In this document: positions 1-6,522 of the stretch, in pieces
Layout of the letters: each line of letters starts with the position of its first letter
Position numbering within the stretch: the stretch's first letter is position 1
Assembly (NCBI GenBank): GCA_964449215.1
Contig: CAYVAH010000010.1
Location: 1 to 14,750 of the forward strand
Direction of reading: 5' to 3'
Source of the DNA: Candidatus Undinarchaeota archaeon
Lineage (GTDB): Archaea > SpSt-1190
Length of the DNA: 14,750 nt
The notes under the pieces: generated by a model
What the model was told of the DNA's origin: nothing
Seen by the model: the letters and a program-made list of their open reading frames with translations, nothing else
Databases searched by the model: none
Translations under genes and position numbers: made by a program

Positions 1-1
1 C

Positions 2-1297
2 GGAGGCGGGGGTGGAGGCGGGGGGAACATACACTTGGTGGCCAGGAACATCAGCCTCTCAGGGACTCTTCAGGCAAAGGGTGGGAATGGGGGAGATGGT
101 GGCTTTGATGGATTCCTTTATAGAATCGGTGGTGATGGGGGTGGTGGAGGGTTCATACGGATTGCTGCCGATTACCTTGTTGAAAATTCAGCAACCTTTA
201 CGCTCGCGGGTGGTTCTAGTGGTACTGGAGGGTTTGGTGGTTATTCCGGAACTGCAGGATTTTACGACTGGCTGCTGGTCAGGCAAATAAGTCCGTCAAA
301 TGGCAGCCAAGTGCCCGCGGGTTACGTGACCTTCAGGTTCAACGCGAGTTCGAGACTGGAGTCCACAGTACCCTGCCAGATTACTCTAAACGGTTTAGTG
401 ATTTATTCTAATTCGAGTGTCTATTCGGATGTAATTACGGAACACACTGAAACCTTGTCTTCGGGTACCAAGTACTGGAACGTCACTTGCAACATGACCG
501 CGAACGGCACCGCCCTTCCGACCATATCAATGACCAAGGTCCTCTATGTCACAGGTGGTGACTCGGAACCGCCCACCTACTCCCAGAACTCCACCAACTC
601 CACCACTGCGGGCGAGTTTGTGGAGCACCGCCTCCACTGGGAAGATAGCGGAGGTCTCTCCGGATACGTGTTCAGCTTTGACAACTGCACGGGCAACTTG
701 GTGAATGATTCATGGACTCCATTTGGTGGTGAAAGCTGGTCGAATGTTACCAAGATGACAAATTACACTGTCGGCTGCACAATCCAGTGGTGTGTTTATG
801 CCAACGACACGAGCGGCAACTGGAACGGTTCCTCGTGTGTGAGTCCGTTCTCCTACCAGGCGACGTCTCCTGTGTATATAGCCATCTCTCTTTCTCCTAC
901 CTTGCAGTCCGGTGTGCTGTTTGGTTCCTTGGACCCGAATACTGCGAATGCATCCTCGACAAATTGTGTAAATCGCGAGTGCAACATAACAATCTCCTCC
1001 GACACGACGGTGAATGTCGATGTGGTTCTGCATGTTGGCAGCTATTTGACCAGATGGAGTGGGTCCGAAACTATCGAGGAACAGTGCTGGAACAGTTCCA
1101 TTGCAACCCAACCTGCTTCTCCGGCATACAAGGTCCAATTGACCTACGATTATACCAACAAGGTGGCTGCCAATGTGGCTGCCGGTACAAATATTACATT
1201 TAACTCCTGGCTCTCAATACCATCAGGTCAGCTGCCCGGCCTCTACAACAACACCATCTATTTCTGCGCCACAGAGACCGGAACGACCAACTGTTAA
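2..1297 (+). CDS. Large cell-surface/adhesin-like protein, 5'-truncated: Gly-rich repeats, two Ig-like beta domains, C-terminal pilin/WxL-like domain
   Basis: Frame +2 is open from the window edge (GGGGGGGGNIHLVARNISLSGTLQAKGGNGGDGG...GGDGGGGGFIRIAA), so the start lies upstream. It is S/T/N-rich with many N-x-S/T sequons and has Ig-like modules (ISPSNGS...YWNVTCN; DSEPPTY...WCVYANDTSGNWN). The last ~141 aa (872-1294) align with the next gene. Confidence 0.8.
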   Translation, partial: GGGGGGGGNIHLVARNISLSGTLQAKGGNGGDGGFDGFLYRIGGDGGGGGFIRIAADYLVENSATFTLAGGSSGTGGFGGYSGTAGFYDWLLVRQISPSNGSQVPAGYVTFRFNASSRLESTVPCQITLNGLVIYSNSSVYSDVITEHTETLSSGTKYWNVTCNMTANGTALPTISMTKVLYVTGGDSEPPTYSQNSTNSTTAGEFVEHRLHWEDSGGLSGYVFSFDNCTGNLVNDSWTPFGGESWSNVTKMTNYTVGCTIQWCVYANDTSGNWNGSSCVSPFSYQATSPVYIAISLSPTLQSGVLFGSLDPNTANASSTNCVNRECNITISSDTTVNVDVVLHVGSYLTRWSGSETIEEQCWNSSIATQPASPAYKVQLTYDYTNKVAANVAAGTNITFNSWLSIPSGQLPGLYNNTIYFCATETGTTNC

Positions 1298-1308
1298 ACC
1301 TTAAATAC
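1296..1308 (+). promoter_or_regulatory. Putative archaeal BRE/TATA promoter for the 191-aa gene
   Basis: AAACC-TTAAATA; the TATA-like box at 1301-1307 is 22-28 nt upstream of the ATG at 1329, typical spacing for a leaderless transcript. Confidence 0.55.
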
Positions 1309-1328
1309 TTCCCCTTCTTGGTTTAATA

Positions 1329-1904
1329 ATGAAATGGGTAGGCAGGGCTCTGCTTCTGGCCTCTTTCGGTCTTTTCGTCCTGCTGTTGTCCCAGTATTCA
1401 GTGAAGGCAGCTGCCAGCGATGAGAAGGTAACGACCTCCAACGTTACAGTGAATGTCTATGTTTCGATAAGCCTCACAACAGCCTTCGCCAATGGTGTTG
1501 AGTTCGGCAACCTTGACCCCGGAACCGATGACAATCCTTCCACTACATGTGCCGACCTGGGATGCAATATAAGCGTGAGCGGCGACACCAATGTGAATGT
1601 GGATATCTTGATGAAGGCGAACGCCAACCTGACCAGATTCCCCGGCACAGAAATGATAGGCTGGTGGAACTACACGTGGAACTCCACTGATGGCACCTAT
1701 CCATTTGTTCAGCCCGGGTGGGAGCTGAACATAACACAGTATGACAACAGGACTGCCCGCAAGGTTGGTGATAGCGTTGCCCCTGGAGGGGTCCGGAGCT
1801 GGCAGGCGTGGCTCGATATACCCCCTGCTCAGACTGCAGGATCCTACAACAACACGCTGTACTTCTGTGCTCACCAGGAAGACTCGACTGACTGCGGATT
1901 CTGA
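1329..1904 (+). CDS. Secreted beta-rich protein, candidate major filament/surface-complex subunit (WxL/Csu/TasA-like)
   Basis: Signal peptide (MKWVGRALLLASFGLFVLLLSQYSVKA) and no C-terminal anchor. Motifs VEFGNLDPG and WLDIPPAQTAGSYNNTLYF; four Cys shared with the upstream gene's C-terminal domain. The CDS is solid, the function is inferred. Confidence 0.75.
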   Translation: MKWVGRALLLASFGLFVLLLSQYSVKAAASDEKVTTSNVTVNVYVSISLTTAFANGVEFGNLDPGTDDNPSTTCADLGCNISVSGDTNVNVDILMKANANLTRFPGTEMIGWWNYTWNSTDGTYPFVQPGWELNITQYDNRTARKVGDSVAPGGVRSWQAWLDIPPAQTAGSYNNTLYFCAHQEDSTDCGF

Positions 1905-1921
1905 AGACTGGAGGCTGGGAG

Positions 1922-2632
1922 ATGAGGACAGTGACATCTGCGGTGGCTTTGGTTGCTCTTATTTTTATCTCTGGTGTTTTTGCCCAGGAAAAATTTGAGG
2001 TGGTTCCGGATACCGTGGGCATAGGTCTCCAGAAGAACTTTGATGTGGTGGACTTTTATTCAAGTGACGAGAAGCGCTGTGTCCGGTATGATCTCGGGAA
2101 TCCCTGGTCCACAAACGTGACGGGGTGGATAGAGGTCGGGGGCGACCTCGAAAGATATTTTGTTGGCAACGAGCCCGAGGAGGTTTTTGTTCCCTCCGGA
2201 ACCTTCCGGTATAACGCCTCCTGTTGCCTCCTCCCAATATATGCGTGCTTCAAATTCCCCTACGTTCTCAATGACACCTATTTCACTGGCAGGGTCTCCT
2301 CCGCTTTCAGGGTCGGTGAGAGCCGCCGGGTTGGAGGGACGGGGTCCGCCACGGGTTCCTCAGTGGCATACACGCTCACGGTCCATATAATGCCCCTCAC
2401 GGAGCTTGTTTTCAGGGCGGGGGAAACAAAATGTCTCGACATTTACGGGGTTGGCAAGAGGTGCTTTTCGGCACCCTGGGTGGTTCTGTCAGACACCACC
2501 GAGAAGGTCAATATTGAAGGTCACGAGGTGATGTTCATTTACAAGAACAACCTGGCGGTTATCCTCCTGGTAGTTGCCTTGGTTGCTGCATTCTATTTCT
2601 GGTTCAGGTCGAAGAGAAAAAAGGATTTATGA
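1922..2632 (+). CDS. Membrane-anchored extracellular beta-sandwich protein (possible DUF916/chaperone-like partner)
   Basis: GGAGG at 1910-1914 before the ATG; signal peptide (…LIFISGVFA-QE); beta-rich body ending GGTGSATGSSVAYTLTVHI; C-terminal TM helix (LAVILLVVALVAAFYFWF) plus basic tail RSKRKK. Confidence 0.7.
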   Translation: MRTVTSAVALVALIFISGVFAQEKFEVVPDTVGIGLQKNFDVVDFYSSDEKRCVRYDLGNPWSTNVTGWIEVGGDLERYFVGNEPEEVFVPSGTFRYNASCCLLPIYACFKFPYVLNDTYFTGRVSSAFRVGESRRVGGTGSATGSSVAYTLTVHIMPLTELVFRAGETKCLDIYGVGKRCFSAPWVVLSDTTEKVNIEGHEVMFIYKNNLAVILLVVALVAAFYFWFRSKRKKDL

Positions 2633-4518
2633 TGATTCACAGGCTCGCTCCCGCACTCCTGGTGGTTTTTTTGTTAGCGGTGGCTCTCCACGCGGCTCCC
2701 ACACAGACGCTTCCTTCCGACACGAACGCATCAATAAATGACGCCAACAACACGCTTGGGATTTCCCCTGACAATCTCACAGTTTATGCTCCACCAAACG
2801 GGCATACTGATGACAGCTTCGAGGTTCTGGCTCTCCTCCCCGGAAACTCCGGGCTGAATGTCACCGTTTCGAGGGAAGGGGACATAGCGGACTGGATTAC
2901 CTTTGATGGTGCTGGAACAGTCGATTTTTATGTTCAACCCGGGGAGGAGAGAGTTGTGAATTTTACCGTTACGGTCCCTCCTTCGACATCCGGCATGCTT
3001 TACCATGCAAATATTACCGTGAATTCCAGCTTTGGTGAGCTGAAAAAACTCAACCTCACGGTGAATGTCACTCAAGGAGTCGGTGCCATAAATGTCACTG
3101 TGAAGAGTTCCATCGGGGACCCGATAAGCGGTGCCAGTGTTTTTATCTGGACGCCTCTCAATGTGCTGAAGGATACGGGGACCACCGGAAGCAACGGCAC
3201 CTACCTCTCGAAGTGGCTTCTTCCCGGGAACTACACTGTTGAGGCGACGGCTGCCGGGTATAACACGAACACGGCAAATGCCACCGTTCACGGGAATCTC
3301 AATGTTACGGATGCTGTGGTTGTTTTGGAGCCCACCGGTGCTCCGGTGCTGGAGGTCTCGCCCAGCTCGATTTCGGAATCCGCTTACACGGGGGATCAGG
3401 TTACCAAAACACTCATAATAAGCAACACAGGGGACCTTTCGCTCGTCAATGTGTCGCTCAACACTTCTGTTTCCTGGATATCTTTCAGCAAGGGTAAAAT
3501 GAGCAGCATCCCTGCCTCCGGGAATGAATATGTGACCGTTTACATCGGGCCCCTTGGAGCTGTGGGGACCTACAGCGGTTCAATAACGGTTGCCAGTGAA
3601 AATGATGGAAATGAAACCATGCCTGTGAGTTTCGACGTCCGTTCGAGACCGTCAGGGGGTGAGGCTCCTTCCGGGGGCGCTGCCCCGCCTTCAGGGGGGA
3701 TTCCTCCACCTGTCAGGGAGATTGAGCTTACAGACTTCCCGGAAGGGGCGAACGCCAGTGTCGGGGAGACCAAGCTGATAGGGGTGGGTGTGAAGAACAA
3801 AGGTGACGCGACCATTTCGGGAGTTTCCGTCAGCGCTGCCGGTCCATTCGAGGTTAGAGTTTCCCCGGAAACCGCCGGGATACTCCCGGAGCTCACAAAG
3901 ACCTTCCTTCTGAGCATAGAGGTTCCTGCGGATGCCGAACCGGGGACCTACAGTTTTGTGGTGGTGGCGAGCGGTGGTGGAGTGTCGGACACGAAGACCC
4001 TGCACCTGGAGGTCATTCCCCTGAGGGATGAAGGGGTTGAAAAGGCGCTCAGCGGAACTATCCACGAGATGAGGCAGCTGGTGGACCAGCTCTGGGGGGA
4101 GGCCGTCCGTCTGGGATTTGAAGGATATGATGTTGAGGGGGTGTTTTCGGTTCTCCAGAATGCCACGAGGAAACTCAACAGTGCTGAAGGGAGTCTGGAG
4201 CTTGGCAACTATCCGGCTTCAAGGCTTGAAATTGAGCGTATGAAGGCGCTTGCCGAGGAAGCTGTTAAGGAGATGGCCATGTTGAAGGCTGTAACTGTGG
4301 TTGAGCAATCGCCTGTCGCGTACCTTCCGGCGGCCGTTGCCTGTGTGGCTCTTGTTGTGGTTCTCTCCCAGTTTTCGAGGCTCAAGAAGGAGCTGAAGAG
4401 ACGGGACAAAATTTACACGGCGCTCCTGACGACATTCAACCTGAAAAGACCGGAACCACAGAGGGAGAACCCGCCCGCAGGGCAGTTCGGGAGCCCCCCT
4501 GACAGTTATACCAGATAG
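2629..4518 (+). CDS. Multi-Ig-domain type I membrane surface protein (carboxypeptidase-regulatory-like and NEW3/CARDB-like domains, helical stalk, TM anchor)
   Basis: ATGA overlap with the upstream stop; signal peptide; GDPISGASV…TTGSNGTY…LPGNYTVEATAAGY (CarboxypepD_reg-like); TLIISNTGD; a Gly/Pro linker; VKNKGD…IEVPADAEPGTY; an amphipathic helical region; TM segment YLPAAVACVALVVVL then RLKK. Confidence 0.8.
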   Translation: MMIHRLAPALLVVFLLAVALHAAPTQTLPSDTNASINDANNTLGISPDNLTVYAPPNGHTDDSFEVLALLPGNSGLNVTVSREGDIADWITFDGAGTVDFYVQPGEERVVNFTVTVPPSTSGMLYHANITVNSSFGELKKLNLTVNVTQGVGAINVTVKSSIGDPISGASVFIWTPLNVLKDTGTTGSNGTYLSKWLLPGNYTVEATAAGYNTNTANATVHGNLNVTDAVVVLEPTGAPVLEVSPSSISESAYTGDQVTKTLIISNTGDLSLVNVSLNTSVSWISFSKGKMSSIPASGNEYVTVYIGPLGAVGTYSGSITVASENDGNETMPVSFDVRSRPSGGEAPSGGAAPPSGGIPPPVREIELTDFPEGANASVGETKLIGVGVKNKGDATISGVSVSAAGPFEVRVSPETAGILPELTKTFLLSIEVPADAEPGTYSFVVVASGGGVSDTKTLHLEVIPLRDEGVEKALSGTIHEMRQLVDQLWGEAVRLGFEGYDVEGVFSVLQNATRKLNSAEGSLELGNYPASRLEIERMKALAEEAVKEMAMLKAVTVVEQSPVAYLPAAVACVALVVVLSQFSRLKKELKRRDKIYTALLTTFNLKRPEPQRENPPAGQFGSPPDSYTR

Positions 4519-5438
4519 CTACTGTCGCGCTGTGAGCTCATTTCCAGCTGTAAGGTGAACAGGAGGGCCTCTCTGATGGCGTCCCCGAGTTTTTCCCGGG
4601 AGTATTCGTTGAGTTTCTCCAGGCTGCCCTTGTGTCCTGTCTCCACATCGAACAGCCGGGATGGTGCATGATGCACATAGTCGATACAAGCGTCTCTGTC
4701 CAGGATTGCCATCCTGGTATAGTCCCCCACCATTTCAATTGCTCTGGCTGGGTCTATCCCTGCCACCCTGGAGGCTTCCACCAGAACGGGAGCCCTGTCA
4801 AGGAATTTCTGTCCAATCTTTTCATCCGTCACGCAGATTTTCCTGGTGTACTCCCCGATAAGGGCGAGAGTTTCCTCAGGGCTCCATTCGGTTTCCCTGA
4901 ACTTCCACAGTATGTCATTGAAGTCTGCTATATAGCTATAACGTAATTCGCCCTCGAGCTTGTTTGCACACTTCCCGACGACCCCCACAACTTCGTTCAG
5001 GCTGGCGTTAACCTTCTTGGGTTCCCAGAAGGCGGCCGTTCTGTCAGCCTCTAGTGCATATCTATATGCAGCATGTATGTCCTTCTTGGCGAGCTTGTTC
5101 AGATATTTCCCGAAGGTTTTCAGTACTTTGACCGCGTTGGTTCTCCTTTTTGGATGCAGAATTAAAACCTCTGCAGTGCTTTCATAGCACTCACAGACAT
5201 TTCTGGGGGGTCTTCCTTTGGGAGCCCTTTTTAGGAGCTTCTCCAGGTTTTTTCCCAGCACGTCAAGACCATCGACGACCTCCTTACGGATTCGTGCTTC
5301 CCCGAATTTTTTTATGAGGCCGTCGAGAATGGCTCGTGCAGTTTTCCCATAGTCAATGCTTGTTTTCCAGTCTGTTCTGTACAGTCTCTTCTGGTGTTTT
5401 GCTGTGGTGTCTATAAACCTCGCGTAGAGATTTGACAT
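4506..5438 (-). CDS. Hypothetical cytoplasmic protein with ~40-48 aa alpha-helical repeats
   Basis: 310-aa ATG ORF, coupled to the upstream ORF by a TAATG overlap; recurring hhG[KED][YNC]xx[KM]h…[YF]xxxA units; no family recognised. Confidence 0.7.
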   Translation of the reverse strand: MSNLYARFIDTTAKHQKRLYRTDWKTSIDYGKTARAILDGLIKKFGEARIRKEVVDGLDVLGKNLEKLLKRAPKGRPPRNVCECYESTAEVLILHPKRRTNAVKVLKTFGKYLNKLAKKDIHAAYRYALEADRTAAFWEPKKVNASLNEVVGVVGKCANKLEGELRYSYIADFNDILWKFRETEWSPEETLALIGEYTRKICVTDEKIGQKFLDRAPVLVEASRVAGIDPARAIEMVGDYTRMAILDRDACIDYVHHAPSRLFDVETGHKGSLEKLNEYSREKLGDAIREALLFTLQLEMSSQRDSSYLV

Positions 5439-5737
5439 TAAAATTGACTACTCGAGGGTTTATAAATCTGGGTGAGACAGGTGGCGTAGTTGCAATACCT
5501 GTCAAATGCCCTGTCCATCAGGTCCAAAACACTGGTGTCGCGGCCCTGCAAACTGTGATAAGCTTTGAGCACAATTGTCCTGAACCAGTTACCGGCATCA
5601 CCCACAAAGGCGTTTACACGGTCCAGGTATTTTCGGTCCACTGAAAGTTCCTTTATCTCTTCTATTTTGTCCTCCGGAACCCCCATTTCATGGAGCCTTT
5701 TCTCAAGCATTTTACTGTATCGCTCGACGTCCTCCAT
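5438..5737 (-). CDS. Hypothetical protein (99 aa)
   Basis: ATG ORF with a natural-looking charged helical N-terminus (MEDVERYSKMLEKRLHEMGVPEDKIEEIKEL). Its stop overlaps the start of the 310-aa gene. Confidence 0.6.
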   Translation of the reverse strand: MEDVERYSKMLEKRLHEMGVPEDKIEEIKELSVDRKYLDRVNAFVGDAGNWFRTIVLKAYHSLQGRDTSVLDLMDRAFDRYCNYATCLTQIYKPSSSQF

Positions 5738-5799
5738 GAATTCGGACGTGTAAGGCAGTTTTATGTGGCTAATGCGCCCCCTGTTTTTTAAGATTTATC

Positions 5800-5825
5800 G
5801 CGAAGCAACCTTCTCAAAAAGGTTG
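5800..5825. repeat. Short palindrome (REP-like) preceded by a GCGAAGC mini-hairpin
   Basis: GCGAAGC at 5800-5806; CAACCTT (5806-5812), 6-nt loop, AAGGTTG (5819-5825). Confidence 0.6.
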
Positions 5826-5892
5826 AGGGTTCTGCATACCCCTAGTGCTGTCGGACTCCAAAAGGTATTCCATCAACGAATTCAGTTTTCGT

Positions 5893-5936
5893 CAACCTTT
5901 TGTAGCAAGCCGAAGGCGCAGCGTAACAAAAGGTTG
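5893..5936. repeat. 11-bp perfect inverted repeat with internal GNA-loop hairpins, abutting the tRNA 3' end; probably also the tRNA terminator
   Basis: CAACCTTTTGT (5893-5903) / ACAAAAGGTTG (5926-5936); the interior holds GCC-GAA-GGC (5909-5917) and GC-GCA-GC (5916-5922); a TTTT tract follows the tRNA on the minus strand. Confidence 0.7.
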
Positions 5937-6008
5937 CAGCCGGCGGGATTTGAACCCGCGCTGTCAGCTTGGAAGGCTGATGTCCTGGCCAGACTAGACG
6001 ACGGCTGC
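5935..6008 (-). tRNA. tRNA-Gly (anticodon TCC), 74 nt, no intron, CCA not encoded
   Basis: The reverse complement GCAGCCG TC GTCT AGTCTGGCCA GGAC A TCAGC CTTCCAA GCTGA CAGC GCGGG TTCAAAT CCCGC CGGCTGC A folds into a full cloverleaf. Confidence 0.97.
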
Positions 6009-6030
6009 TACCATCATTTCGCTTTTCACC

Positions 6031-6047
6031 TTAATAAATGTTTTAAT
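6031..6047. promoter_or_regulatory. Putative divergent TATA boxes for tRNA-Gly (-) and EamA (+)
   Basis: Minus-strand TTTATTAA (6038-6031) lies 23-30 nt upstream of the tRNA; plus-strand TTTTAAT (6041-6047) lies 21-27 nt upstream of ATG 6068. Confidence 0.5.
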
Positions 6048-6067
6048 CACCCGACCCTGTGGTTGAG

Positions 6068-6484
6068 ATGCTGAAAGTGGAGACCTGGCTTGTTTATGCT
6101 GTGGCTACGCTGCTGCTCTGGGGTATCAGCGGTTTCATGTCCAAACTGGCCGTGGGTTATATGAGCCCGAACAGGGTTCTGGGCTACCAGGTTTTGGGAG
6201 CCTTGTTGACCGGGGTGCTGCTATTCCCCTCCCTGGAACTGAAGTTTGAGTTCGGCAAAGGGGCATTTTTTGGCATTCTCTTGGGAGTCTCGGCAATACT
6301 CGGCAGCCTGTTCTTCCTGCTTTCGGTGGAGCTGGGCAAAGTTTCGGTTGTGACTATGGTGAGTGCCCTGTATCCCCTCGTCACGATTCTGCTCGCATTT
6401 TTCTTTCTCAAGGAGCCCATAACCCTGAAGCAGGGCATGGGCATGATTCTGGCGCTGATAGCGATGGCACTCCTCTCCTCATAG
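6068..6484 (+). CDS. EamA/DMT-superfamily transporter (single-domain, ~5 TM)
   Basis: Hydrophobic 138 aa with ATLLLWG…FMSKLA, GKVSVVTMVSALYPLVTILLAFFFLKEPITLKQGMGMILALIA. ATG 6068 is preferred over GTG 6059. Confidence 0.92.
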   Translation: MLKVETWLVYAVATLLLWGISGFMSKLAVGYMSPNRVLGYQVLGALLTGVLLFPSLELKFEFGKGAFFGILLGVSAILGSLFFLLSVELGKVSVVTMVSALYPLVTILLAFFFLKEPITLKQGMGMILALIAMALLSS

Positions 6485-6522
6485 CTCCGGAACGCTTTTT
6501 TATTTTCTGTGCGAAGCCTTAA

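Noticed and set aside
39..57. TGGCCAGGAACATCAGCCT matches the tRNA-Gly D-arm/anticodon-stem sequence TGGCCAGGACATCAGCCT with one extra base
   Set aside because: It is in the opposite orientation to the tRNA, is not the 3' half normally duplicated at att sites, and encodes in-frame VARNISL. A gapped match like this is plausible by chance in a window-wide self-comparison.
1329..1415. Type IV pilin/archaellin class III signal peptide in the 191-aa protein
   Set aside because: The hydrophobic stretch is followed by a VKA/AAA signal-peptidase-I-like site, and there is no convincing [KR]G-[QF]xxxE prepilin motif.
4400..5934. attL/attR duplication or integrase for a tRNA-integrated element
   Set aside because: By eye I found no direct repeat of the tRNA 3' end and no recombinase ORF.
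5800..5936. Possible CRISPR mini-array
   Set aside because: There are only two non-identical palindromic units with different loops, no regular repeat-spacer period and no cas genes.
5935..6008. A3-U70 pair in the tRNA-Gly acceptor stem instead of the common G3-C70
   Set aside because: The stem is fully paired and A3-U70 occurs in other functional tRNA-Gly species, so there is no sign of a pseudogene or recoding.
5763..6074. 103-aa + strand ORF
   Set aside because: It runs antisense through the tRNA and the palindromes and has no protein-like features.
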